Source: a virus
Virus record (IMG/VR): IMGVR_UViG_3300046458_000091
Coordinates: 1 to 64,000 of that record
DNA: 64,000 nucleotides
Direction: 5' to 3' (one strand)
Below the pieces are notes generated by a model, which searched no databases, was not told where the DNA came from, and saw nothing but the letters and a program-made list of their open reading frames with translations. Position 1 is the first letter of the stretch. Every line of letters starts with the position of its first letter. Below are positions 9,260 through 18,793 of the stretch, one piece after another. The position numbers and the translations under genes are program-made.

Positions 9260-9959
9260 GGGAGTCAGCCTTTGTGATTGGGGTTGTCTGGGCTAACTCC
9301 ATGCCCTGGGGGTGTTCCTGTGATTCATATTTCCAGAGGGTTGTAAGTTCGCTGCCGTCGCCGTCAACCTCGACAAGGATGGCGCCCGGGACGCTGTAGT
9401 CATACCCGACCACCGTGCCATGGCCTTTCGAAACAATGACCCGGGCATTCAGCTGCGGCAGGTGGGCGGCGCGCTGGTCTGGCTCGCCGGACTTCGCGAC
9501 CGGTGCAGGCGGATGCGCTGGCGCAGCGAGGGCGGCGTGGGCCATCCATCCAGACAGCCGGAGATTCAGGTCGATAGAGTCGGTTTTCTCAATGGAGCGC
9601 CCATTCATTGATAGGTACTCCTTGCGGTCGCTTGAGTAGAAGACGCCCTCCTGAACGATGAAGGCGCGCTCAAATCTTGCCCGCTCCGTACCGTCGTCTA
9701 CCAACGGGGCGGCAGACTCGCAAGGAGCTTCACCCGTGTAAGCAATGCAGCCATGCTTATCGCTGCCATGGAATGCACATTCTGCCGACTGGTCGGCAGT
9801 GGCTGCTAGCAGGTTGCGCAACTGTTCCAGGCCGTTGCTGATCATTTCCTTGCCCAGGTCGGACATTGGTGCGTATCCCCGGCTGGGCGGAGGGATTCGC
9901 CAGGACGCCTCAATAGTCTCCAGCAGCTCACGCGGCACCGGCACAAGGTTGTTATTCAT
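9252..9959 (-). CDS. mosaic phage hypothetical protein
   Basis: LVPVPRELL start and ERARFE...W.A.AAL modules typical of Pseudomonas phage early genes. Confidence 0.7.
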   Translation of the reverse strand: MNNNLVPVPRELLETIEASWRIPPPSRGYAPMSDLGKEMISNGLEQLRNLLAATADQSAECAFHGSDKHGCIAYTGEAPCESAAPLVDDGTERARFERAFIVQEGVFYSSDRKEYLSMNGRSIEKTDSIDLNLRLSGWMAHAALAAPAHPPAPVAKSGEPDQRAAHLPQLNARVIVSKGHGTVVGYDYSVPGAILVEVDGDGSELTTLWKYESQEHPQGMELAQTTPITKADSHE

Positions 9960-10179
9960 CGCTCAAGTCCTCGGTCAACAGGGCGCGCTCATGAGCAACC
10001 AGATCAGCCACCACACCTTCCACCTGAAGCAAAATTTCTTCAGGGTTTGCTGCGCGACGAATCTCAACCCTTAGCAACTGGATGGCCGCAGCGAGGCGTG
10101 TGTCGTATACATGAGCCTCAAACCCGCCGCACTTGGCTTCTTGCACCATGATCATGCCGATTACATTCATTCCGCTCAT
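9952..10179 (-). CDS. hypothetical protein
   Basis: Overlapping start and stop. Confidence 0.6.
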   Translation of the reverse strand: MSGMNVIGMIMVQEAKCGGFEAHVYDTRLAAAIQLLRVEIRRAANPEEILLQVEGVVADLVAHERALLTEDLSDE

Positions 10180-10601
10180 TGCGCACCATCCTTGGCGGTT
10201 GGTGCGGCCTGTAGGGCGGACTTCAACGCCGCCTCTGAATCTGCCCAGAACTTTGCGTGGTGTTCCAGCTCATCACACCGCGCCTTGAGCGCGTCGGCTT
10301 CCACCTTCCGGTCATGCGCCAGGCGCTGATAGTCGGTGACCTGCTGGCTCAATGTGCCCAGCACTACCTTGTCTTCAGCGGCGGACGCCTTGAGCGTGTC
10401 GCGCTCGCCGGTCAGCACTGCAATCTGGGCTTTCAGTGCCTCGGCGGTAGCCAGGTCGATCAACTCCACGTCGTCGATTACGAGCGCGGCCCCCTTGGCG
10501 GTCAAGGTCACGCCGCTATCCAAGCTTTTGTCGATACGCGCCAGCACTGTCAGGCCGTGCGCTGGCTGTGCCTGCGGGGTGCCTACTGCTTTGTCTTCCA
10601 T
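10176..10601 (-). CDS. coiled-coil hypothetical protein
   Basis: Heptad-rich ORF with an AGGT RBS. Confidence 0.7.
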   Translation of the reverse strand: MEDKAVGTPQAQPAHGLTVLARIDKSLDSGVTLTAKGAALVIDDVELIDLATAEALKAQIAVLTGERDTLKASAAEDKVVLGTLSQQVTDYQRLAHDRKVEADALKARCDELEHHAKFWADSEAALKSALQAAPTAKDGAQ

Positions 10602-10613
10602 TTCGCTACCTGC

Positions 10614-10661
10614 TTAGAGTTAAAGAGTTTTAGAGCAAAGGAGTTTTAGAGTTAAAACTCC
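10614..10661. repeat. AACTCtww octamer array (site 2)
   Basis: Five wwaGAGTT-type units followed by an inverted aactcc. Confidence 0.85.
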
Positions 10662-11659
10662 GGGACGCTTGTGTCCCATTTCGCGTTATCAGGCTCGACT
10701 GCATACACCTTGCCACCACCCTTGAGGTACTCAATGGCCAGCGCTACAGGAAACACGGGGGAGACGCCCGCATTCACGCTTTCGCACAGATAGAACGCTT
10801 GCTGTCCAACCTCCAGGACGCACCAGCCCTTCCCATACAGGAAGGCATAGAACGTGATGTCTCCAAAATCATTGACGCGAAAATGCGTAACCCGGCTATC
10901 TGTACCTATAGCCTGCTCCAGATGCTCAAGGTGCATCGTCACCAGGTCGCCGGGCAGGCCGCGCTGCTTGTAATGCAGCGGCGGCCGCATCTTCAGCCGG
11001 TTGCAATCGTTGACCAGCCACTGAAATGACTTGATCGGCCCGGCCATATCATTCTCTTTATGCGCCATGGCAATTTCCGCCCGACGATTGGGCGTACGAG
11101 CCGGAGCCGGACGTGCTGGCGCTGGGGCGGCCTTGGCTCCTGGCACAAGCTTGGGGTTCTGCTGGCGAAGGGCATCGAATGCACGGCGCTTCGCTTCGCC
11201 CTCCAGCGGCGGCGATGGCGGCGTCTCTTCTGCGGCCATCTCTACGGGCTCAGGCTCCGGGGCGGGCTCTGGGGTTTGAGCTACCACCGGCTCAGGCTCA
11301 GGCTCAAGCGCGGGCTGGGGTTCCGGTTCCGGGGCAGGTTGCGGCGCTGCTACTGGGGTAGCAGCTGGCGCAGGCGCAACTGTGAGCACCGGCTTAGGCT
11401 GGGGCCTTAACAGCTCCGGGCGCTCTTGCAGCTCGTATATGACCGGCTCTTCGCCCTCTTCAGCGTATTTAACGCTTGCGATGGTGCGCCCCTGGGCTGC
11501 CTGCTCTTCGACCCACTCCACCAGCGCCAGGCCTCGGGCCATCAGCAGCGGGAGATTGTTGTGGTGGCACTGGCGTAGCAGATCCTGGGCCCGGGCCATG
11601 CTCGCATCACCCATGCTGAACGACACATCGTGACGGTTTGTGCGTGTCGGGGCGCTCAT
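10652..11659 (-). CDS. two-domain hypothetical protein with Pro/Glu linker
   Basis: PEPEP-rich central linker. Confidence 0.75.
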   Translation of the reverse strand: MSAPTRTNRHDVSFSMGDASMARAQDLLRQCHHNNLPLLMARGLALVEWVEEQAAQGRTIASVKYAEEGEEPVIYELQERPELLRPQPKPVLTVAPAPAATPVAAPQPAPEPEPQPALEPEPEPVVAQTPEPAPEPEPVEMAAEETPPSPPLEGEAKRRAFDALRQQNPKLVPGAKAAPAPARPAPARTPNRRAEIAMAHKENDMAGPIKSFQWLVNDCNRLKMRPPLHYKQRGLPGDLVTMHLEHLEQAIGTDSRVTHFRVNDFGDITFYAFLYGKGWCVLEVGQQAFYLCESVNAGVSPVFPVALAIEYLKGGGKVYAVEPDNAKWDTSVPEF

Positions 11660-12003
11660 CTGTAGAGACTCTGCAAAGGCTCAGCGAGGAACTGCTCTAC
11701 GGCGTAGGTCACTGACGTTGTAGTGATGTAGCGCACGCCCTCATTCATCAGGGGCAGGCACCGATGCATCAGATCGCGCGCCCTCACCAGATCAGCGGCT
11801 TGCTTTGCCTCACGCTCACTGGCGGGCTCACGCTCTACCAGGTCGCGGGCATGCTCGCTTGGCTCACCGGCAGCGATGATGCGCAACATGTTCAGGCGCG
11901 CCCCGGCCGGGCTCCGCAAGTCGGTGGCCTCGCCCGTCAGGGCTACGACGTCACCGTAGATCCCCGCCAGCAGCTCGCGGGTAACCAGCATGTACTCAGC
12001 CAT
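11656..12003 (-). CDS. hypothetical protein
   Basis: First gene after an AT-rich promoter region. Confidence 0.7.
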   Translation of the reverse strand: MAEYMLVTRELLAGIYGDVVALTGEATDLRSPAGARLNMLRIIAAGEPSEHARDLVEREPASEREAKQAADLVRARDLMHRCLPLMNEGVRYITTTSVTYAVEQFLAEPLQSLYR

Positions 12004-12112
12004 GTTTCCACCCCCGGCCCGGGGCCCATTCGTTGATCGTGTTCATCAGGTGCATCCTTATCTCTGGCGTTGACTGCGGGGGAATAATTACATCAAAACG
12101 ATAATGTGTCAT

Positions 12113-12145
12113 TAACTCTTTTAACTCTAAAACTCTTTAACTCCA
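12113..12145. repeat. AACTCtww octamer array (site 3)
   Basis: aactcttt t aactctaa aactcttt aactccac. Confidence 0.85.
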
Positions 12146-12179
12146 CACCGCCTGACCTCCCGCACAGGCCTCGCACAAA

Positions 12180-12214
12180 CAAAAAACGGCAAGGCCGTGA
12201 CTGGCCTTGCCGTT
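12180..12214 (-). terminator. rho-independent terminator
   Basis: AACGGCAAGGCC...GGCCTTGCCGTT hairpin with a T-run. Confidence 0.8.
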
Positions 12215-12216
12215 CG

Positions 12217-12248
12217 TAGAGTTAAAACTCTTTAGAGTTTTAGAGTTA
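12217..12248. repeat. AACTCtww octamer array (site 4)
   Basis: tagagtt aaaactctt tagagtt ttagagtt. Confidence 0.8.
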
Positions 12249-12869
12249 GGGGGCGTTTGCACCTCCACACCTTGGGCAGTCCCCGAAGCGTTGCCGCTCA
12301 GAGATGAACACCCCGCAGGGTTCGCACCGGTAGCGCCCCTTCTTTGGTCGCTGGGGCTTGGCCAACTTGATGCCGGTTCCCTTCAGTGCCGCCTTGATGT
12401 CCACGCGGCCGCTGGCCACCACCTTGCGCGCCAGGGCGTCTGCCATGGCCTTGGGGATCGCCCTTACACCCTGGCGGGCATAGGAGCCGACCGACACACC
12501 GACGCTACCCGGATACACCTCAGCCTCTGCCAGGTTGTCGCTGTGTCGGCCGTCGAAGGTCAGCCAGATCAGGTCGTTACCGTTCCAGGCGCCAGCAACA
12601 AACAGACAGGTGTGCTCTGCGGTGGCCAGCTCTGCCGCGACCTCATCCGGTTTGACGTACTGGTGATCAACCGCCAGCGTGTGGCGCTCCATCAGGTACG
12701 GCACCGGCCAGGGCAGATCGGTTTCCCGGCACTCATTCTGTTTGGTGGCTTCCTCCAGGGTGAAGCGCTGGGCCGCGTCCAGGTTGGACGTGTAGCTACC
12801 GGCCTGGGCCCAGAACATCAAACGGTCGCCTGTGAGCGCCCTGGAGTCTTGCAGCAGGAATTCACTCAT
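12246..12869 (-). CDS. conserved phage protein with C-terminal Zn ribbon
   Basis: LQDSR..GD...FW..G.YT.NLD.A; C-terminal CEPC...CPRC. Confidence 0.8.
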   Translation of the reverse strand: MSEFLLQDSRALTGDRLMFWAQAGSYTSNLDAAQRFTLEEATKQNECRETDLPWPVPYLMERHTLAVDHQYVKPDEVAAELATAEHTCLFVAGAWNGNDLIWLTFDGRHSDNLAEAEVYPGSVGVSVGSYARQGVRAIPKAMADALARKVVASGRVDIKAALKGTGIKLAKPQRPKKGRYRCEPCGVFISERQRFGDCPRCGGANAP

Positions 12870-13144
12870 TAATGCGCCCTCAGTATGGCGAGGCGCTTTT
12901 CCGCTTCCTCAATGGCGTCAGGGATTGTCTGAGACGACACAAAAGCCCCGTTAGGCCCCTGGGCATCGTAGCCCACCTTGAACTCAACAACGCTGGGCCA
13001 GGTTTTCGGGGCGTTGTGCATGTCCCACTCATAAAGACGCGGTTCAATACTCCATTCCCGCTGTGCATGCTTGAACCCGAGAGGGCCTAGCACCAGATAG
13101 CCGCCCCCTGGCAACTCAAAGTAATTCGGCTCACGACTGGCCAT
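12869..13144 (-). CDS. hypothetical protein
   Basis: Coupled ORF. Confidence 0.65.
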   Translation of the reverse strand: MASREPNYFELPGGGYLVLGPLGFKHAQREWSIEPRLYEWDMHNAPKTWPSVVEFKVGYDAQGPNGAFVSSQTIPDAIEEAEKRLAILRAH

Positions 13145-13934
13145 GACTGAAACCTATAGACACTTGCTCTTGCCCAGCCGCGCCCACTCCTGGGCTTAAC
13201 TGAGCGTTGCGACCGGCCTTGATACCATTCACCAGGTCACTGATATTCTTTGCTCGGGGCTTGCGTCTACGTTGGGTGTGTACCCCTTCGCCACCCGTCG
13301 CCTTGTCGAGGTAAGCCTCGATAAGCGTACTTTCTTGGCTCTGCACAGCTATCAGGGCCTTTTCATCGCCAGCGGCCTCCTGGACGTCTTCCTGGGGCAC
13401 TAATGCTTGCAGCTTCTTCTCAATCTGCGAGACCCACGCTTCAGCAAAGTCATTACCGCGCGTGGTCGGCGAATAGGCGCCGATACCCACAACGCCGCGC
13501 TTGATGTCGGCCACGTAGTTTTTACGCGCCAGCTCGACCTGCACGTAGATGGCGTCATAAGCATATTTTGCAATCTCCGGCGCCGGAGAAACGCCAATAA
13601 ATACGGCGTGCTCTTCCCTTCCGGTTTGGCGCTTGCCCTGTTGGTTCCATACCGCGTACGTCAAGGTTTTGCAGTTGAAGACCCGCGCCACCATGCCCGC
13701 CAGATGCTTGTCCCAGGCCGGACGCTTGGAACAGACCTTGCTGCCGTCCGCCTGCTTGACGTCAGACAGGTGAATGTCGGTCTCTGTGACGCGGTATTTG
13801 TGCATCAGCTTTTGGGCTTGCCGGAGCGCGGCCGCCGCTTCGTGCTCGTTGGAGCTGGTGGCCAGCGCAAGGCAATGCTTGATCTTGCGGATGACGCGCG
13901 CCAGTTCGGTTTGATCAATCTCTGGCTCAGACAT
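13131..13934 (-). CDS. DUF2786-domain protein
   Basis: IRKIKHCLALATSSNEHEAAAALRQAQKLMHKY; start trimmed to MSEPE. Confidence 0.88.
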   Translation of the reverse strand: MSEPEIDQTELARVIRKIKHCLALATSSNEHEAAAALRQAQKLMHKYRVTETDIHLSDVKQADGSKVCSKRPAWDKHLAGMVARVFNCKTLTYAVWNQQGKRQTGREEHAVFIGVSPAPEIAKYAYDAIYVQVELARKNYVADIKRGVVGIGAYSPTTRGNDFAEAWVSQIEKKLQALVPQEDVQEAAGDEKALIAVQSQESTLIEAYLDKATGGEGVHTQRRRKPRAKNISDLVNGIKAGRNAQLSPGVGAAGQEQVSIGFSHGQS

Positions 13935-14349
13935 GGGCGTGCCCCACAGAGCCAGCGAGCAGCTCATCCGGGACCGCAAAGAACTGGAGCCGCCCCTTGT
14001 ACGGAATGAACGGCCACGACTGCGGGCTGCGCAGTACAAACCCTATTTGCCCCATGTACCACGGGGAGGCGCTGGATTCGACGCAATCCACCAGTTCCAC
14101 AGAGCCAATGAGGCCGCCGCACCACTTCTGTTTCATTTCCTGAAAGGACGGTAAGTCGCGCAGCAGCTGGATATCGGCAATTCGCATGGCGAACTCCAGG
14201 CCGTCGCAATACTCTTCATTGGTCATGCCGCTGGCGGCGTGCACCAGAAAGCGCCCGCGTAGCTTGGTTGGCCAACTGCGATTCTCGATGTCCTTACCGG
14301 CGTTCAGGATCAGCCACGCCCAGGGCTGTCGAATGGACAGGGCCTTCAT
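13927..14349 (-). CDS. ASCH-domain protein
   Basis: MKALSIRQPWAWLI...KDIENRSW.T..RG...HA. Confidence 0.92.
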   Translation of the reverse strand: MKALSIRQPWAWLILNAGKDIENRSWPTKLRGRFLVHAASGMTNEEYCDGLEFAMRIADIQLLRDLPSFQEMKQKWCGGLIGSVELVDCVESSASPWYMGQIGFVLRSPQSWPFIPYKGRLQFFAVPDELLAGSVGHAHV

Positions 14350-14816
14350 AGCTTGCCGCTCAGCTTGTCCTGCATGTACTGGAAGCCATCGCGCACATCA
14401 CGCATAGCCAGCGTGCCGGTGATGTCCACGTTGCGCAGCGCCACGGTTAGAAACTCCAGCATCTGCCGGTCATTCCATTCTGTGGGGGTCATGGCCAACG
14501 GCAAACCGTTGCGATAGAGGGGGCCTTGCTCTTCCAGCCAGCCCTGCACCTCTCCACCAGACCACATTTTTCGCATTGCGGTGGGGAAGCGAACACGCTG
14601 TGGGCTCGCCCCGGGCACCTTATTCGGCTCTCCCATGAGCGTAACCCCGTCGTGTTTGGCCTTGCGGATCTGGCCAATGATGTCGATGAGCATGGCTTGA
14701 GGGGCAGCGCCCGCCTCGCCATTGAGCAGCACGTCAAGTTCACGTACCAGTACATCAACCTCATCGGCTGGATAGAAGTGGCCATGAGCCATTTCGTCGG
14801 ATCTTACAGTCTGCAT
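14346..14816 (-). CDS. hypothetical protein
   Basis: FPT.MRKMWSGGEVQ.W phage motif; start trimmed to MQTV. Confidence 0.7.
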   Translation of the reverse strand: MQTVRSDEMAHGHFYPADEVDVLVRELDVLLNGEAGAAPQAMLIDIIGQIRKAKHDGVTLMGEPNKVPGASPQRVRFPTAMRKMWSGGEVQGWLEEQGPLYRNGLPLAMTPTEWNDRQMLEFLTVALRNVDITGTLAMRDVRDGFQYMQDKLSGKL

Positions 14817-14851
14817 AGTCTTTTCTCTGGCGATTTTTGGACTTTGAAGGA

Positions 14852-15235
14852 TCAGCAAGCACCAAAAACGTGCTTGAGCGGTGTATCAAGATGGTGGCGG
14901 CATAGCCAAACGATGGGTTCAAGCTTGTGAAAGGGCAGCTGGAAGCCCGTACCGGCAGACAGCGCGGATTCATCGCACAGGCCCCGGTATCGGTGCGTGA
15001 CCTGTGGCCAGGACGCCAGCAGGGTTTGACAGAGCGTGTCGAAGTAGCCGTCCGGCACAACCGGGTTGTCCAGCAGGTAATAGCGAATGCTGTGTTCCAG
15101 GTACTCCCCAAACAGAGCGTTCAGCTCCAGGTTGACTGGGGTTCGTACCGGCGCTGCGGCCGGGGGCGCGACAGGCTCCGGCGCGGCGAACAGATCCAGC
15201 TGCGGCAACGGCGCCTTACTCACAGCGCGCCTCAC
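14852..15235 (-). CDS. stand-alone NAD-dependent DNA ligase domain-Ia-like protein
   Basis: HSIRYYLLDNPVVPDGYFDTL matches the H...YY..D.P.I.D.EYD.L motif of LigA domain Ia. Confidence 0.75.
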   Translation of the reverse strand: MRRAVSKAPLPQLDLFAAPEPVAPPAAAPVRTPVNLELNALFGEYLEHSIRYYLLDNPVVPDGYFDTLCQTLLASWPQVTHRYRGLCDESALSAGTGFQLPFHKLEPIVWLCRHHLDTPLKHVFGAC

Positions 15236-15464
15236 TTGGAGTTAAGGAGTTAAAACTCTTTAACTCTTTAACTCCTTGGCCGGTGCTGGGGCACGCGGCC
15301 TTGGTTTTCAGTGCTGCAAGCGCCCAGGCCATCAGGCCGCCCGGCTGGGGCCGGACGTCTGCGGCATTCTGGGAAAGCCAGGTCTGAAGCTCGGCGGCCT
15401 CAACGCTGTCTTGCCGGAGCGCCGTCGATATCGGCGCCTGGCTGGCCACCTTGACCCGGGTCAC
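15216..15464 (-). CDS. hypothetical protein
   Basis: Coupled ORF; the C-terminus is encoded by an octamer array. Confidence 0.55.
   Translation of the reverse strand: MTRVKVASQAPISTALRQDSVEAAELQTWLSQNAADVRPQPGGLMAWALAALKTKAACPSTGQGVKELKSFNSLTPSEARCE
15237..15276. repeat. AACTCtww octamer array (site 5)
   Basis: ggagtt aaggagtt aa aactcttt aactcttt aactcctt. Confidence 0.85.
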
Positions 15465-16141
15465 GCCGCGCGCTCTTCAGCGAGTGGTTCAGCATTGATA
15501 ATCGGCAGCTGGGCAGCGGCCTCACGGCAAAGGCGGATCTGATCAGCTGAGTAGCCCCAGAAGTTGCCGCCACCTATGCGCCGGTCGATGCCGATGTAGG
15601 CCAGGTCAATACGCTCACCGCGCATGACGTAGTTGCGCAGCTCCAGGATGAGGTCACGCAGCGTGCTGTCGTGGCTGAAGCCCTTCCACTTGTTCTGTGA
15701 ATGGACCTCAATCGCGGCGCCGGTCTGGTCGTGCAGGTACACCCGGCCGCTGTAGCTCAGCTGGGCTACGCGGTCGTTGGTGCGCGAGTAGAAGAACCCC
15801 CGCCCGTAGCTCGAAATGATCTGAATCAGCCGGTTGGCGTACTCACAGCGCAGCAGGCGGGCAAACAGCGTGATGCCGTGCTCAACAATCCCCGCCGCGA
15901 GCATGTCCATGGCCAGCTTCTCGCACAGCTCCGACCGGGAGGCGTCGATATCGGCATTGCCCACGCCACACACCTCCAGTTCAGCCGTGGTCAAGCTGGC
16001 CAGGTGGGTCGCAATCAGACGCATTTTGCCGCTGTTGACGCCATGTACCCGCGCGCTGAACTTGAAACGCTGGTTTCCCACCATGGCAGCGACCCAATCA
16101 GGTTTCGCCACTGGGAATTCTTGAAGCTGGTCCATTATCAC
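15461..16141 (-). CDS. conserved phage hypothetical protein
   Basis: ANRLIQII..GR.FFY...WKGFSH...WGY module. Confidence 0.75.
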   Translation of the reverse strand: MIMDQLQEFPVAKPDWVAAMVGNQRFKFSARVHGVNSGKMRLIATHLASLTTAELEVCGVGNADIDASRSELCEKLAMDMLAAGIVEHGITLFARLLRCEYANRLIQIISSYGRGFFYSRTNDRVAQLSYSGRVYLHDQTGAAIEVHSQNKWKGFSHDSTLRDLILELRNYVMRGERIDLAYIGIDRRIGGGNFWGYSADQIRLCREAAAQLPIINAEPLAEERAA

Positions 16142-16494
16142 AGCACCTCAGGGCGCACCGGGCGCCCGATATAGGGTTCAAGTCGGCTGGCGGCAACGTT
16201 GGCAATCTCGATCATGCCCGCACGCCGGTTTTGGGGGGTCTTGCCAATGACGCTATTGCCTTCCAGGGACTCCACCAGCAGCACGATATGCATCGGTTCG
16301 GCCGTAATAGCCTTGCCTGCCGCGAGGTTCTGCGCGATGTCGCGGGCAGCATCTGCCCAGCGTTCGGCGTCAAAGTGTGGGGGCGGGTTGATTTCGAACA
16401 CATCGGCCAGAATTTCGGGACAGGCCAGAGAGCGCATGCGATGCGCTATCAGGTCCGCCGACATTCGGCCAAACAGGATAGGTAGGGCTGACAT
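16138..16494 (-). CDS. hypothetical protein
   Basis: Start trimmed to MSALP, after the CGCCAGAGATA motif. Confidence 0.65.
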   Translation of the reverse strand: MSALPILFGRMSADLIAHRMRSLACPEILADVFEINPPPHFDAERWADAARDIAQNLAAGKAITAEPMHIVLLVESLEGNSVIGKTPQNRRAGMIEIANVAASRLEPYIGRPVRPEVL

Positions 16495-16624
16495 TGGGGT
16501 ATCTCTGGCGATTTGAAGAGACATCAGCTTATCACCATATCCTGAATAATATATAGCAGTTTGTGTACTGAAACTTATTACTTGTGGCGGGGGACACTGC
16601 TATCCCCCGACACAAAATGACCGA

Positions 16625-16846
16625 TTAAGTTGCGGTGGTAAAGCTCAGGCCCACCGCCTGGCGCAGGCGCCCAGCTCGATGCGAACGGTGCAGCGGCTCC
16701 TGTCCCTCATCCAGCGGCCAGTACATGAGCTTTTTGCAGTCCGCACAGCGCTTGCGCTGGAGTGACGTCATTTCGATTAGCGCGTGACTGCCGCAGGTGC
16801 ACTGCTTGCAGGAACGCTTGACCTCCACCACCGGCTCACTGCTCAT
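16625..16846 (-). CDS. small Zn-ribbon protein
   Basis: CKQCTCGS...CADC; ATG overlaps the ref stop. Confidence 0.65.
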   Translation of the reverse strand: MSSEPVVEVKRSCKQCTCGSHALIEMTSLQRKRCADCKKLMYWPLDEGQEPLHRSHRAGRLRQAVGLSFTTAT

Positions 16847-17262
16847 GCTGCGGCCTCCTTGGTTGCACTGGAGTACTGCTCGCTTTCGTACCACTTGGCC
16901 AGCAACGCATGGACGCCATCGGGAACCACGCGCCCGGACGTCGCGACAAGCCGCGCGCAGGCCTCCACCAGTTCGATTTCCCGGCCGTACTCCGCAATCC
17001 ACCTGGCTTTGTGGCCATGGACCGCGAGCATGTTCGGATTGGGCCCGGTGCCTTGCTGGTGATGACCGGCGCACAGCGGCAGCACGTAGTAATGGGCATG
17101 AGCCTTTGTGCGCCCGTCACAGTGGTGGATTGATACGTGGGCTTGCTCGCTGTGGTCCCTGGGGTGACCGTCGAGCAGGCAGCAGATGCAACCACAGATG
17201 TCGGCAACGTCATGGAACCATTGCCCCTCGGTTTTGTTGGGGTTTTTCCCGGAATGCTGCAT
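16843..17262 (-). CDS. ref: Ref-family recombination-enhancement HNH nuclease
   Basis: GCICC...IHH.DGRTK..AH..VLPLC..HHQ.G. Confidence 0.85.
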   Translation of the reverse strand: MQHSGKNPNKTEGQWFHDVADICGCICCLLDGHPRDHSEQAHVSIHHCDGRTKAHAHYYVLPLCAGHHQQGTGPNPNMLAVHGHKARWIAEYGREIELVEACARLVATSGRVVPDGVHALLAKWYESEQYSSATKEAAA

Positions 17263-18331
17263 GGGGGTTTATCTCTGGCGATTGAGGTATGGGTGATGCG
17301 ATTGGGCGGCCCTGAGGGGCCTGGGTTTGCTGTTTCAGCGCACGACTGGCTGCGATGCTCGCCGGGGTGCGCTTTGGTGCTGGTGTTGCTCCCTGGCGCC
17401 CTGGGGGTGGCGCAGAGTTCAAGGCTTCAGCCGCTTTTACGACCTCCGCTACCTTGTTCGCTCGCTTTTTCGCTTCTGCGACTTGCTGAGCTTTCACGGC
17501 GTAGCCTTCGCAGGACTTCAGGAGGGCGCCCACGGGGTGGCGAGCATCGACCAGACTGGGGGCGTCCTCTTTTTCAACGAAGTAGGTGGCCGCAGCTGGG
17601 GCAGCGGCCTGGATTCTTGCAACGACTTTGCCCATCAGTCCGGCCACGGTGACGTTGTGCACCGGCCAGACCTTGTATCGGGCCTTGAACGCGATGGCAT
17701 AGGCACGCCAGGCGGCGTACGTGGCGCTGGTGGGATTGCTCGGGTACTCGGCGGGGTAGCCAGCCGGGACCGTCAGGTCCTCGGGCAGATCGCCTGGCCC
17801 TTCCGCTGCCTGGGGGGAGACAGAAGGTTTTCTAACTGCTTTTTCAGTCTTAAATGATCTTTCAGTCTTATCTAATGTTTCGGGCTTTGCCGTAACCGGT
17901 GGCACCGTTTCCGGCAAATCCGTAAGCGGTTTAACTGGCGATTTCACCGCTTCCGTCTTTTCCGTAAACGGATACTTGCCCTTGGCCCGCAGGTCCCGCT
18001 CATACTCGGCGGCGGCCTCTAGATCAGGGGTTTCAGATACTTCGTACTCAACGCCAACGAACTCGCCGCCCGCGCGGTTGAACCAGCGGTACACGTAGCC
18101 CGCGAGGCGCAGCTCGTTGATGATCAGGTACACCTTGTCGCGTTTCGCGGCCTTCCCGATGGCGCTCGCGGTGCAACTGAGTAGGTCGGTCATCTGGACT
18201 TGCCAGTGGTCCGGCTTGCTCAGCAGATAGACCAGCATGCCCCGGGCTTCCCAGGACAGCCGATCATCACCAATGACGGACATTGGCAGCACATAAAACT
18301 GGGTTCGACGTTCGGCGCGTTTGATGCTCAC
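17210..18331 (-). CDS. phage (lytic) replication initiator with N-terminal winged-HTH
   Basis: D.RLSWEARGMLVYLLSKPD.W; internal iteron-encoded repeats; GTG start inferred. Confidence 0.8.
   Translation of the reverse strand: MSIKRAERRTQFYVLPMSVIGDDRLSWEARGMLVYLLSKPDHWQVQMTDLLSCTASAIGKAAKRDKVYLIINELRLAGYVYRWFNRAGGEFVGVEYEVSETPDLEAAAEYERDLRAKGKYPFTEKTEAVKSPVKPLTDLPETVPPVTAKPETLDKTERSFKTEKAVRKPSVSPQAAEGPGDLPEDLTVPAGYPAEYPSNPTSATYAAWRAYAIAFKARYKVWPVHNVTVAGLMGKVVARIQAAAPAAATYFVEKEDAPSLVDARHPVGALLKSCEGYAVKAQQVAEAKKRANKVAEVVKAAEALNSAPPPGRQGATPAPKRTPASIAASRALKQQTQAPQGRPIASPIPQSPEINPHAAFREKPQQNRGAMVP
17825..17972. promoter_or_regulatory. candidate lytic origin inside the initiator gene
   Basis: CCGTAANCGG at 17890, 17920 and 17962 within ~27-bp repeats, next to an AT-rich tract with TTCAGTCTTA twice. 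Confidence 0.7.
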
Positions 18332-18793
18332 AGAGCACCCCCTTGTTGCGGAATGCTTGTTGCTGGGAATTCTTCGGGCACACACGGGCGCTGAGGGGCG
18401 CAATCAGGGTCAGATTGGCTCAGCGAAACGCCGTAAAATGCGGGGGGAACAGGGCTCAGAAGTTTGCAGAACCGGAGCCTGTGGTATACTCGGGCTAGCA
18501 GCAAAGCAGGCCTCCTTGCTGTTCTGGAGGTCTGTTGTGTCTGTCGAAAAGCAGGCCCCCTGGGAAGCCGTGGTAGAAAACGCTCAGGCGTAGTCGTCCA
18601 CTACTCTCCACAGGCAAGCATGGATTGCTTACGGGTAGATGGTGTTTTTCCATATGCGTCTAAAAAGAACTCTAAACCTTGGCGGGGGCGGGTTCTTTTT
18701 TTTCGTCTCCATTTTGAGCGTTGGAGCCGTTTCAGCTCAGCGCGGCGTGCTATATACCATATCCCAAACGCAGCCGTCTAAAGCTTTTTGTCC

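Noticed and set aside
16542-16559. SOS box
   Set aside because: CTG and CAG are 12 nt apart rather than 10.
18427-18467. GCAAAC upstream of the lytic initiator as an eighth late promoter
   Set aside because: The hexamer at +29 is GGCGTT and lacks the conserved A2 seen in the other seven.
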